DNA of 64,000 nt from positions 4,384,001 to 4,448,000 of the forward strand of contig JBKAGP010000001.1 of NCBI GenBank assembly GCA_046290465.1, written 5' to 3'. Below, piece by piece: positions 50,334 through 60,828 of this stretch (position 1 is the first letter of the stretch; every line of letters begins with the position of its first letter). The notes under the pieces are model-generated. The model was not told the origin of the DNA and made no database searches. It saw only the letters and a program-made list of their open reading frames with translations. Origin of the DNA: Planctomycetota bacterium (GTDB lineage Bacteria; Planctomycetota; UBA1135; UBA2386). The position numbers and the translations under genes are program-made.

Positions 50334-50725
50334 CCGATCGGCCCCTCGTAGCTCGCCCACGCGACCCGACTCTCCTCGAGCGTCACCCGCAGCCCGCCGA
50401 CGAACGAGCCGTCGAACGCCGCGCAGACCTGTCGGTGCACCCACTGCGCGAGGAACTCGGTCGTCGTGTTGTTGCCGGCGAACTCCGGCAGGTCGTCGAG
50501 GTTGGTGAACCGCAGCGGGTCGAGCACTTCTTTCAGCGTCTCGGTCGCCAGGCCGATGTCGACGACGATGCCGTGCGCGTCGAGCCGGTCGGCCACGTAT
50601 TCGGTGATGACCTCGTAGGTGGCGCCGTGCAGGCGCTGCGCCGGCCCGAACACCTCGCCGTTGAGGCTGTGCGCGATCATCACGTGGTCCTTGACGGCGA
50701 CTCGGAACGCGGCGGGGTGCTTCAT
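50330..50725 (-). CDS. 6-pyruvoyl-tetrahydropterin synthase / QueD paralogue (Cys-less FGPAQ type)
   Basis: MIAHSL..EVFGPAQRLHGATY, NLDD, NTTTEFLA, LEES; His ligands are kept but the catalytic Cys of the CxxxHGH motif is absent. Confidence 0.88.
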   Translation of the reverse strand: MKHPAAFRVAVKDHVMIAHSLNGEVFGPAQRLHGATYEVITEYVADRLDAHGIVVDIGLATETLKEVLDPLRFTNLDDLPEFAGNNTTTEFLAQWVHRQVCAAFDGSFVGGLRVTLEESRVAWASYEGPIG

Positions 50726-50734
50726 GGCGGCAGT

Positions 50735-51703
50735 CTATCGGTGTCGGAGCACCGGGCAGAGGGAGGCGAGGCGCGATTCGTACAGCGCCGCGAACGTCGC
50801 CGGCGCCTCGGCGAACGGCACCGGCTCGTCGAGCAGCAGGTCGAGGTGGTGGTCCAGCAGCAGGTCCAGAACGGCGCGGCGACGGGCGGTGTGGCCCTGT
50901 TGGCGATGGCTGCGTGCGATCGTCCCGACCTGCGACGCGACCAGGCGCTTGCGCTGCGAATGGAAGGTCCCGCCCAGCCGGATCGACACCGGCTGGTCGC
51001 CGTACCACGACAGCTCGACGACCTGACCTTCGAACGCGACCGCGTCGATCGCGAGCTGCAGGCCGGACGCGCTGGCGCTCGTGTGCAGCGCGTGGCGGAA
51101 CGTGCCGCGCGGCACCTCGTCCGGTGCCGCGACGTCGGTCACCCACGGCAGCGCCGCGGCCCGCCGTCGCCGCCGTTCGTCGACGTCGACGACCAGCACG
51201 TTGCCGAGGTCCAGATCCTTCGCCAGCACGAACGCGCACAGCAGGCCGACCGCGCCGGCACCGACGATCACGGTGCGTTCGCCCGGTTCGACGCCGGCGT
51301 CCCAGACGGCGTTGCGCGCCGTCTCGAGGTTGGGGAACAGCGTCGCGCGGGCGTCCGGGACGCCGTTGGGCAGCCAGACGAGTTCGTCGTGGGCCACCAC
51401 CGCGTGCTGTTGGTGCGGACGCATCACGAACGCACGGCGGCCGGCGTCGACGCCATCGCACACCTGCCCGACGAAGCTGTAGCCGTAGAGCAACGGCAGC
51501 GTGAAGCTGCCGAGCATGCCGCGGCAGGCCATCTCGTCGGCGAGCGACGTCGGCACGCGACCGAGCCCGACCAGCCGTTCGGTGCCGGGGCTGATGCCGG
51601 TGCACGAGGCCGCCAGCGTGACCTGGTCGTCGCCGGCCGCCGGCAGCGGCACCTCGCGCAGCGCGCCGCGGCCCGGCGCCTCGATCCAGTATCCGAGGGT
51701 CAT
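50735..51703 (-). CDS. MDR-family (zinc-ADH-like) oxidoreductase lacking the catalytic Zn ligands
   Basis: GISPGTERL, GYSFVG in place of GHE, GAGAVG Rossmann motif, ELSWYG, SQVG. Confidence 0.85.
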   Translation of the reverse strand: MTLGYWIEAPGRGALREVPLPAAGDDQVTLAASCTGISPGTERLVGLGRVPTSLADEMACRGMLGSFTLPLLYGYSFVGQVCDGVDAGRRAFVMRPHQQHAVVAHDELVWLPNGVPDARATLFPNLETARNAVWDAGVEPGERTVIVGAGAVGLLCAFVLAKDLDLGNVLVVDVDERRRRRAAALPWVTDVAAPDEVPRGTFRHALHTSASASGLQLAIDAVAFEGQVVELSWYGDQPVSIRLGGTFHSQRKRLVASQVGTIARSHRQQGHTARRRAVLDLLLDHHLDLLLDEPVPFAEAPATFAALYESRLASLCPVLRHR

Positions 51704-52683
51704 GTGCGCGGTCGGCAGGTCAGCAGCACGTGGCCGTCGAGCATCGCGTGGTCCATGTGCACGTGCAGGCCGTCGTCGACGTGGTCGACGGCGGGGAGGC
51801 GCAGGCTCGGCAGCCCGGACCCCAGCACCAGCGCCGCGATGTGCACCTGCAGCAGGTCGACCTGGCCGGCATTCAAGAACGACGACAGCACCCCGGCTCC
51901 GCCTTCGAGGTAGATCGAGTGCACGCCGCGTTCGCGCAGGCGCGCGAGGATCGTCTCGGGGGCGAGCTGTCCGTCGACCGCGGCGATGCGATGCACCCGC
52001 ACGGCGTCGCCGACGTCCAGGGTCGGGCGCATCTCGTCGACGAACACGTCGCATCCGGGCGCCTGCATCAGCGAAAGCTTCGGGCCCTCGGTCAGCGCAC
52101 GGCCGCGGCCACTGATCACGACCCGTCGCGGGTCGGTGCCTTCGACGTGGCGGACCGTGAGCTTGGGGTCGTCGCGCAGCGCGGTGGTCGCGCCGACCAT
52201 CACGCCGTCGAGCAGCGCGCGCATGCGGTGGGCATGGTGTTGGTCCGCGTCGTTGCCGATCCACTGCGACTGGCCGTTCTCGCACGCGATGCGGCCGTCG
52301 ATCGTCTGCGTCACGTGACCGGCGACGAAGCTGGCGCCGCGTCGCCGGGCCCGTTCGGCGCCGATCAGCACCGGCAGGTAGACGCGCGCCGCGGTCGCCA
52401 TCGCCGGATCGAGCGGCGTTGCGCGCTTCTGTTGGATGTCCGGCAGGCCGCGCGCGTCGGTCCGGTAGACGGCCGTCGCGGTGGCGGCGTGCGCGGCGTC
52501 GGCGGCGCCGGGCTCGAGTTCGGCCAGCAGCGAGCCGCTCGTCGCCGCGGCTCGAGACGACGCCGGTTCGCAGCGCCAGCCGTCACGCGGCACGAACGTC
52601 ACCGCGTCGGCGCCGTCGCGGAACCGTTCGCGCGCGGCCAGCAGCGCGGGCCAGGGCAGATCGTCGGAGAGGTCGCAGTTCAT
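51700..52683 (-). CDS. RibD C-terminal-type reductase (no deaminase domain)
   Basis: QTIDGRIA...SQWI, HRMRA, VGATTALRDDPKLTVR, IYLEGG. Confidence 0.88.
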   Translation of the reverse strand: MNCDLSDDLPWPALLAARERFRDGADAVTFVPRDGWRCEPASSRAAATSGSLLAELEPGAADAAHAATATAVYRTDARGLPDIQQKRATPLDPAMATAARVYLPVLIGAERARRRGASFVAGHVTQTIDGRIACENGQSQWIGNDADQHHAHRMRALLDGVMVGATTALRDDPKLTVRHVEGTDPRRVVISGRGRALTEGPKLSLMQAPGCDVFVDEMRPTLDVGDAVRVHRIAAVDGQLAPETILARLRERGVHSIYLEGGAGVLSSFLNAGQVDLLQVHIAALVLGSGLPSLRLPAVDHVDDGLHVHMDHAMLDGHVLLTCRPRT

Positions 52684-52842
52684 CGCAGGTGTGCGCGAGT
52701 TGCGGCGCGGATCGTATCGCCGCCATCGCACCGCGTCGCTGCCGCCGGCGAGGTCGGCAAGGATGCGTTGCCGTGGCGCCGTCGAGACTCCGTCGATCGG
52801 GCGTCGGGATCCCGATCGTGGTGTCGGGGTATGCTGTGAGCG

Positions 52843-53541
52843 GTGGCTTCGAACCCGCTGGGAATCTGGTCGCGCCTGCAGGCGCTGGTCTGGGGCGCGG
52901 CGCTCGTCTGGCTCGCGCTGTTCTCCGCGCCCGCAGGCGGCCGCTTCTACGTCGCAGCCGGCGCCTGTGCCAGCATCGCGACGCTCGCCTGCGTGCTGCG
53001 CGTGCCGTCGACGCCAGCCGACGCGGTCACGTTGCTGCGCGCCCTGCTGCTGGCGATGGCCACCTGCGCCCCGGACTGGCCGGGGCTGGATGCCTTCTCG
53101 ACGTGGATCCTGTTCGCGGTCGCAGCGATGCTCGATCTGGTCGACGGCGCGGTCGCGCGCCGCTTCGGGGCGAGCGATCGCGGCGCCGTGCTCGACATGG
53201 AGGCGGACCAGCTGTCGGTGCTGTGCCTGTCGTGCTCGGTGGTGTTCGGCGGTGGGGCCCCGCATGTGCTGCTGCTGCCGCTGATGCGCTACGCCTTCGT
53301 GCTGGCCGCGTGGTGCGCGGCGTTGCCGGCCAACGATCCGAAGCCCGTCGACGGCGACAACCACCGCGGCCGGCTGGTCTGTGCCGTCGTCGTCGTCGTG
53401 CTGCTGCTGGCGCTGCTGCCGGGCACGCCGCGCTGGACGGCCGACATGCTGACCGGGTCTGCCGTGCTGCTGCTGACCTGGTCGTTCGCAGGCGACTGGG
53501 CGTTCTTGTTCGCGCGCCGCGGACGGGAGGCCCGTTCGTGA
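52843..53541 (+). CDS. CDP-alcohol phosphatidyltransferase family protein
   Basis: ADAVTLLR and the signature DLVDGAVARR...GAVLDMEAD. Confidence 0.9.
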   Translation: MASNPLGIWSRLQALVWGAALVWLALFSAPAGGRFYVAAGACASIATLACVLRVPSTPADAVTLLRALLLAMATCAPDWPGLDAFSTWILFAVAAMLDLVDGAVARRFGASDRGAVLDMEADQLSVLCLSCSVVFGGGAPHVLLLPLMRYAFVLAAWCAALPANDPKPVDGDNHRGRLVCAVVVVVLLLALLPGTPRWTADMLTGSAVLLLTWSFAGDWAFLFARRGREARS

Positions 53542-54155
53542 ACGCGCCCGAACTCGTGTTGCTCGCCGCCTACGCATCGTTGCTGGTCGAACTGGTGGCG
53601 TTTCCGATCCCGAGCGAGGCCAGCGTCGTGCAGCTCGTCGGCCCCAACGGCGGCGGCGACGCACCGGCCTTGCGCGCCGCGCGCGCGTCGTCGCTGCCGG
53701 TGCGCGTGCTGCGCTACCTGCTGCCGACGGCCGCCTGTGTCGCGTTGTTCCTGCTCCCGCTGCTGGTCGTGTTGGTGCCGTCGACGCGCACGGCCCTGGC
53801 GCCGTGGAGCCACGAAGGTCTGCTCTGGCCGGGCATTGCGCTGGTCGTCGTCGGTCGCGCGGTGACGTTCTGGTCGGTGCTCGACCTGCGCGCAGCCAGG
53901 CGCCGCGACGAGCTGCCCGGCGGCGCGTTCCTGCGCTCGCGCAACCCTGGGCTGGTCGGCATGTTCGTCATGTACGCCGGTCTCTGTGTCGCCGTCGGCG
54001 GCCCCTGGCTGTGGCTCGGCGCCCCGCTCTACCTGGCCAACATGCATGTGCGCGTGCAGCTCGAGGAGGCCAGCCTCGCTGCGCGTTACGGGGCTTGCTG
54101 GCGGGACTATGCCCGCCGCGTGCCGCGCTACCTGCCGTTCTCCGGACTGCGTTGA
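53538..54155 (+). CDS. ICMT/PEMT-type membrane methyltransferase
   Basis: SRNP, EE..L..RYG..W..Y..RVPRY, multiple TMs; GTGA overlap. Confidence 0.82.
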   Translation: MNAPELVLLAAYASLLVELVAFPIPSEASVVQLVGPNGGGDAPALRAARASSLPVRVLRYLLPTAACVALFLLPLLVVLVPSTRTALAPWSHEGLLWPGIALVVVGRAVTFWSVLDLRAARRRDELPGGAFLRSRNPGLVGMFVMYAGLCVAVGGPWLWLGAPLYLANMHVRVQLEEASLAARYGACWRDYARRVPRYLPFSGLR

Positions 54156-54159
54156 TCCC

Positions 54160-54879
54160 GTGCCCGCACCTCCCGTAGCCCAGGACGACGTCGCCGCCTG
54201 GTTCGACGCCACCTACCGCAAGAAGGGGCTCCGCTACCTGCGGCCACCGCGCGCCTACCCGATCTTCCTGCAGCTGCTCGACCTTCAACGCGGCCACCGC
54301 CATCTCGACGTTGCCTGTGGCCCGGGCATGGTGTTGCGCGCGGCCCGCGAGCGCGGCATCGAGGCGAGCGGCGTGGACCTTTCCGAAGCGGCGATCACGC
54401 TCGCGCAGGAGTTGCTGCCGGGGATCGATGCGCGGGTCGGCAACGCCGAGCAGCTGCCGTTCGACGACGGCACCTTCGATGGCGTCACGTGCGTCGGCTC
54501 GCTCGAGCGCTTCCTCGACCGCGAACGCGCGCTGCGCGAGATGGTGCGGGTCGCCCGCCCGGCCGCACGGTTCTGCTTCTTGGTCCGCAACGCCAGCACG
54601 CTCGTCTGGCGCGTCTGGCGCGAGGGCCTGGGCCACCGCGAGGTCGACGGGCACCAGGATGCACAGACGCTCGACGACTGGCGCACATTGTTCGTGCGCT
54701 GCGGGCTGCGCGTCGTGCGCGTGCTGCCGGACCAGTGGCCGCGCCAGCGATGGCGGCAGCTGCTGCCGGGCCAGCGACCCGGACCCGGTCGGCGCGAGCG
54801 CGTCGCCGGTTCGTGGTTGCCGTTGCGATGGTGCAACGAGCTGGTGTTCGTGTTGGAGCGCAGCGAGCTCGATGGCTGA
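54160..54879 (+). CDS. class I SAM-dependent methyltransferase
   Basis: LDVACGPG, GVDLS, NAEQLPFDDGTFD, ALREMVRV. Confidence 0.9.
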   Translation: MPAPPVAQDDVAAWFDATYRKKGLRYLRPPRAYPIFLQLLDLQRGHRHLDVACGPGMVLRAARERGIEASGVDLSEAAITLAQELLPGIDARVGNAEQLPFDDGTFDGVTCVGSLERFLDRERALREMVRVARPAARFCFLVRNASTLVWRVWREGLGHREVDGHQDAQTLDDWRTLFVRCGLRVVRVLPDQWPRQRWRQLLPGQRPGPGRRERVAGSWLPLRWCNELVFVLERSELDG

Positions 54880-55738
54880 GCGCGGCGCGGTTGCCCTCTA
54901 CGAGTCGCTTGCCCGCTTCCAGTGGCGGCGCGCCCGTCGCGGCGTCGCGCCGGACGCGCTCGAAGGCCTCGAACTCCGCAAGCGTCTGCTGCCACCGGGC
55001 AGCGCCGACGGTCCCGACGACGGCGGCGAAGGTCTGGATCGCTGGCTGCGCGGGCTGGCTGGCGGCTGCGACGGTGCGCGGGTGCTCGACCTCGGCTGCG
55101 GCTTCGGGGTGTCGTTGTTCCGCGCGCTCGATGCCGGAGCCAGCGCCGCCGTCGGGATCACGCCGAGCAGCTACCAGGTCGCGCGCGCCGGCGAGGTCGC
55201 GAACGCGCGCGGCGTGCGGGCGCGGGCGACGTTCGAGGTGCGCTCGATGCACGCGGCGCTGCCGCCGGCGGACCTGGTGCTGGCGATCGAGGCGCTCGGG
55301 CACACCTTCGAGCTGGCCGACGTGTTGCACAACGTCGCCACAGCGCTCGGTGGTGGCGGCCGCTTCCTGTGGCTCGAGGACGTGCTCCGGGACGACCCGG
55401 GCGAAGATCCGGGCCAAGATCCGGACGTGCGTGGCCTCGCTGCCGCGTGGAGCTCGCCGCCGTTGCGCAGGGCCGCTGGTTGCGACGCAGCGCTGCGCGC
55501 CGCGGGCCTGCGCGTCGTCGACGAGTTCGACCTGACCGGGCAGGTGGCCCGGCGTGAGGTCACCGCGATCGACCGTTCGCTGCGGCGGCTGCGCGGGCTG
55601 CTGCGGCTCACGCCGTTGCCGTTCGCCCGCCGCATCCTGCGCGCATTCGTCGGCGGCCTGCACCTCGAACGGCTCTACGCCCGCGGCCTCGCCTGCTACC
55701 GTCTGGTCATGACCGAACGCACACGGGACCGCGCATGA
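54872..55738 (+). CDS. class I SAM-dependent methyltransferase (sterol/tocopherol-MT-like)
   Basis: VLDLGCGFG, GITPSSYQ, AIEALGH. Confidence 0.82.
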   Translation: MAERGAVALYESLARFQWRRARRGVAPDALEGLELRKRLLPPGSADGPDDGGEGLDRWLRGLAGGCDGARVLDLGCGFGVSLFRALDAGASAAVGITPSSYQVARAGEVANARGVRARATFEVRSMHAALPPADLVLAIEALGHTFELADVLHNVATALGGGGRFLWLEDVLRDDPGEDPGQDPDVRGLAAAWSSPPLRRAAGCDAALRAAGLRVVDEFDLTGQVARREVTAIDRSLRRLRGLLRLTPLPFARRILRAFVGGLHLERLYARGLACYRLVMTERTRDRA

Positions 55739-57378
55739 TCCGACGCTTGCTCTGGTGGCTGTTGGCCCTGGCTCCGCTGTTCGCGGCGATCGGCTGGGCG
55801 ATGTTCTCGGCCGTGTTGCCCGAGGCGCACGCCGCGCGCGAGGCGCTCGGCGACCTGCGCACCACCTGGTCGTTCGCCGATTGGGACCGGACGGACGGCG
55901 GGCCGCTGCACGTCGTCGCGCGGCTGCTGCACCTCGCGGCGCTGCACGTGCCCGGCGCATCGGTGCGGTCTGTCGTCTGGCTCAACGTGCTCTGCGCGGT
56001 GCTGATCGGGTCGACGCTGTTCTCGATCGCGCGGCGATCGTTCCCGTCGGCGAAGTTCGCGTCCGGGCCGCTGCTGATCGCCACGATCGGCCTGCTGGTC
56101 TCGTCCCCGGCCCACGGCAGCAACTGGCTGCACGGCCAACGGGTCGGCGCGTTCCTGGCGCCGCTGCTGCTGGTCGTCGGCCTGTCGTGGCTGCAGGGGC
56201 AGGGCCGCTTCGTGCTGCGTGCGACCGGTGCGCTGCTGCTCGCCGGTCTGGCGCCGCTGTGCCACGCCAACGGCATCGCCGTGTTCCTGGCGATGGTGCC
56301 GGCGCTGTTGGCGCGCTGTCGCAGCGGCAGCACGATCTCGGCGATGGCGTGGCTCGGCGTGTTGCTGGTCGTCGGCAACCTCGCTGCCTGGTACGCGCTG
56401 CGCACGGCCGACGCGTTCGGCGTCGTCGGCGCCGATCTGCTGCACCGCGTCAGCAGCGAACCGCGCGAGATGCTCGGGCTGCTGTTCGCCGAGACCGGCC
56501 GCGCCTGGCTCGACGTCTGGCCGGCGACGCGGATCGACGAGCAGGCGATCGGCCTGTTCAGCTGGTTGCTGCCGGCGCTGCTGATGATCCCGGTCGGCCG
56601 TCGTGACGATGCCGCCCGCCTGCAGGCGGCGCCGTGGTGGGGCTGCCTGTGCTTCGGCCTCGCGGTGACGTTGGTCGCCGGCTTCCGCTACGAGCTGCAG
56701 CCGCCCGTCGGCACGATGCGCGAGGCGACCTACGGCGCGTTCTTGCTGCCGCTCGGGGCCGTCGGTCTGCTGGCGACGCGGTTCGGCGCGTCGCTGCTGC
56801 CGTTCGCCGCGGGCGCGTTCGCGGTGCTGGGCGTGCAGGACTGGCACGGTGGGCTCGAGCAGCTGCGCATCGCGAGGACGCGCGCGGTGCGGGCGGTCGC
56901 CGAGGTCGCGATCGACCCGCAGGGTGTGACGCGGGTGTTCGGCTCCGAGGCCGTGCAGCAGCAGCTGGTCGCGCGCGGCTGGATCCCCGACGAAGCCCCC
57001 ATCGACGCGCGCACCGCTGCGGTCGCCGCGGTGCCACGGCGTCCAGAGGTCGGTCGGTCTACCGGCGGTCGGTCTGCTGGCGGTCGCGTCGACCAACTGC
57101 GCGGGACGGTGCGCAGCTCGCTGCGCGGCGTCACGCCGAGCTGGCTCGGGGCGGTGACCCGGCAAGGGGACGGCGACCCGCAGCTGGTCGCGCAGCACTG
57201 GCCCGACTTCGAAGGCGTCGGCCGCGACGTCGCCTGGAGGATCCCGCTCGATCCGCCGCTGACCGACGGCGTGCGGGTGCGGGTCGTCGCCTGGCTGCCG
57301 GAGGAGCGCGCGTTCGCGGCGGTCGGCCCGCGGTATGTCGTCAGCGGCGGTGCCCTCACGGTCGATAACGGACCGTGA
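55735..57378 (+). CDS. polytopic membrane protein (possibly GT-C-like) with C-terminal soluble domain
   Basis: About 10 hydrophobic segments; ATGA/GTGA overlaps on both sides. Confidence 0.65.
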   Translation: MIRRLLWWLLALAPLFAAIGWAMFSAVLPEAHAAREALGDLRTTWSFADWDRTDGGPLHVVARLLHLAALHVPGASVRSVVWLNVLCAVLIGSTLFSIARRSFPSAKFASGPLLIATIGLLVSSPAHGSNWLHGQRVGAFLAPLLLVVGLSWLQGQGRFVLRATGALLLAGLAPLCHANGIAVFLAMVPALLARCRSGSTISAMAWLGVLLVVGNLAAWYALRTADAFGVVGADLLHRVSSEPREMLGLLFAETGRAWLDVWPATRIDEQAIGLFSWLLPALLMIPVGRRDDAARLQAAPWWGCLCFGLAVTLVAGFRYELQPPVGTMREATYGAFLLPLGAVGLLATRFGASLLPFAAGAFAVLGVQDWHGGLEQLRIARTRAVRAVAEVAIDPQGVTRVFGSEAVQQQLVARGWIPDEAPIDARTAAVAAVPRRPEVGRSTGGRSAGGRVDQLRGTVRSSLRGVTPSWLGAVTRQGDGDPQLVAQHWPDFEGVGRDVAWRIPLDPPLTDGVRVRVVAWLPEERAFAAVGPRYVVSGGALTVDNGP

Positions 57379-58985
57379 ACCCGACCTGGTCCTGGCGCCG
57401 CGTCGTGGGCCTGGTGCTCGCGCTCGCCTGGCTGCACACGCTCGCGGTCCTGCCGTTGCACGACCCGGCCCTGTGGGCGACTGCCGCCACCGCGCTGCCG
57501 CCGGACCTGCTGCTGTTGCTCGCGGTCGCCGTGATCGGCGGCGCCGCCGGCTGGCCGAAGCGGATCGCGCACGTCGCCGCGTTCGGCATGTTGGTGAGCA
57601 CGTTCTCGCGGGTCTGCGAGGTCGTCAGCGTGTTGGCGTTCCAGAAGGCGTTCGAGCTGGCCGACCTGCCGCGCCTGCACGGACTCTTCGACGCGTGGGC
57701 CAACAAGGCGCCCACCTGGGAGCGCTGGGCCTGGGGTGGTGCGTTGGTCGCCCTGGTGGTCGTGCTCCTCTGGGTGACGTCGCGGGCGTTCCGCGCGGTC
57801 GCGCGAACGGCGATGCGGCCGCGGGTCGCCGGCTGCTGGTTGTTCGTGCTGCAGGCGTTGGTGCTGCTCGGGCTGCTCTGCCCGCAGCGTCCGTTCGAGC
57901 CGTCGCCGCTGCGTCTGCTGGCGGGCAGGTCCTGGGACGCGCTGCGCCTGTGGATCGACCGGGACGCGGTGCTGGCGCCGCTGCGGCTGGAGATCGCCGC
58001 AGGCGAACGCCGCATGCGGGAGACGCCGCACGACCTGCAGCGGCTCGACGGCGCCGACGTCTACCTGCTGGTGCTCGAGTCGTACGGGCGCGTGGCGCTG
58101 CGGCACCCGCAGACCGGACCTGACGTGCGCGCGCTGCTGGCCGGCTTCGAAGCGGACCTGCGCCGCCGCGGCCTGGCTTCCTGCAGCTCTGCGATCGCGC
58201 CGGCGGTCAAGGGCGGCGGCTCGGGGCTGGCGCACGCGGAGCTGCTGACCGGCGTGCGCGTGCCCACCGAACGGGTGCGTGCGATGCTGATGCAGAGCGG
58301 CCTGGTCGCGCTGCCCAAGCGCTTCCGCGAAGCCGGCTACGGGACCTTCGAGCTGTTGCCGGGCATGCCGATCCACTGGCCGGAGGGCGACGCGTTCTAC
58401 GGCGTCGATCGTTCGATCATCCAGAGCGAGCTCGGGTACGACGGCACGCGCTACGACTTCGGCCAGATGCCCGACCAGTTCGCGCTGCAGCGTCTGCTCG
58501 AACGGGTCGTGGTGCCGGCCGAGCGACCGGTGTTCGCGATGTTCGTCGGCGTCAGCAGCCACGCCCCCTGGTCGGCGATCCCGCCGTTCGTCGACGACTG
58601 GCAGATCGACGAACGCACGTTCCTCGGCGGGCCCGCCACGACCCACGACGTGCAGTACCTGTCGATGTTCCGCGACCCCGACGTGCTGCCGGCCTATGTC
58701 GACTCGCTCGGCTACGTGCTGCGCACGAGCTTCGGGTTCGCCGCGCGTCTCGAGCGCCCGTCGATCGTGGTGGTGCTCGGCGACCACCAGCCGCCGATCG
58801 CGGCGTCGGTCTCGCCGCCCGACCGGAGCTTCGACGTGCCGGTGCACCTCGTCAGCAACCGTCCCGAGCTGCTGGATCCCTGGCGCGCGCAGGGCTTCAC
58901 CGACGGCCTCGACGTGCCCGATGCGACCGTGGCCTGGCCGATGGCCGAGTTCGCGGTGCGGCTGCTGCGCGCCTATTCGCGCTGA
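57375..58985 (+). CDS. membrane-anchored sulfatase / alkaline phosphatase superfamily (LtaS-like) protein
   Basis: N-terminal TMs; LLVLESYG, GGGSGLAH, PDQF, SSHAPW, LGDHQP, DVPVH. Confidence 0.85.
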   Translation: MNPTWSWRRVVGLVLALAWLHTLAVLPLHDPALWATAATALPPDLLLLLAVAVIGGAAGWPKRIAHVAAFGMLVSTFSRVCEVVSVLAFQKAFELADLPRLHGLFDAWANKAPTWERWAWGGALVALVVVLLWVTSRAFRAVARTAMRPRVAGCWLFVLQALVLLGLLCPQRPFEPSPLRLLAGRSWDALRLWIDRDAVLAPLRLEIAAGERRMRETPHDLQRLDGADVYLLVLESYGRVALRHPQTGPDVRALLAGFEADLRRRGLASCSSAIAPAVKGGGSGLAHAELLTGVRVPTERVRAMLMQSGLVALPKRFREAGYGTFELLPGMPIHWPEGDAFYGVDRSIIQSELGYDGTRYDFGQMPDQFALQRLLERVVVPAERPVFAMFVGVSSHAPWSAIPPFVDDWQIDERTFLGGPATTHDVQYLSMFRDPDVLPAYVDSLGYVLRTSFGFAARLERPSIVVVLGDHQPPIAASVSPPDRSFDVPVHLVSNRPELLDPWRAQGFTDGLDVPDATVAWPMAEFAVRLLRAYSR

Positions 58986-58987
58986 CG

Positions 58988-60036
<1,049 letters not shown>

Positions 60037-60040
<4 letters not shown>

Positions 60041-60828
60041 CGGATCGGGAACCACTGGCGCCGGAGCAGGAACAGCACGACCGCCGACACCAGCAGCAGG
60101 ATCATGCTCAGCGCGATCGCGGCCGACGGCTGCGATTCGAGCGCGTGGAAGACGGCGAGCGGCATCGTGCGCGTGCGTCCCTGAAAGCTGCCGGCGAACG
60201 TGATGGTCGCGCCGAACTCACCGAGCGCCCGCGTCCAGGCGATCAGCAGGCCGGCGCGCAGCGTCGGCGCGATCATCGGCAGCGTGACCGTGCGGAACGC
60301 GCGCCACGGCGTCGCGCCGAGCGTCTGGGCCGCGTCGGCGTAGCGGCGGTCGAAGCCGCGCAGGCCGCCCTCGACCGTCAGCACGAAGAACGGCATCGCG
60401 ACGTAGGTGGTCGCGAGCACCACCGAGCAGGTCGTGAACGGAACCTCGACGCCGAACCAGCGACCGAGTGCGCCGCCGAGCACGCCGTTCTGTCCGAACG
60501 CGAGCAGCAGCGCGATGCCGCCGACGATCGGCGGCAGCACCATCGGCAGCGTCGTGATCACGCGCACGATGCTGCGCAGGGCGCCGTCGCCGTGGGCCAG
60601 CCAGGTCGCGAGCGGCAGCCCGAACCCGACGCACAGCAGCGCCGACGCCAGCGAGCACTGTAGCGACAGCCACAGCGCCGCGACGGTCTCGTCGGCGACC
60701 AGCAGCTCGCCGAGTTCGGCCCACGGCGCTTCGACCGCGAGGCCGACCAGCGGTGCGGCGAACAGCACGACCGAGACGCCGGCGATCGCGACCAGCCAGC
60801 GCGGCAGCGGTGTGCGGTGGTGCCTCAT
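60037..60828 (-). CDS. modB: molybdate ABC transporter permease
   Basis: LPMVLPPIVGG, AMPFFV, RALGEFGATITFAG, TRTMPLA. Confidence 0.92.

Noticed and set aside
50330..52683. Calling these genes queD and ribD of queuosine or riboflavin synthesis
   Set aside because: The PTPS lacks the catalytic Cys motif, the RibD lacks the deaminase domain, and no queC/E/F or ribE/H genes are adjacent.
55394..55426. 12-bp repeat encoding DPGEDPGQDPD (and a similar GRSTG/GRSAG repeat near 57050)
   Set aside because: Small in-frame loop duplications with no evidence of function.
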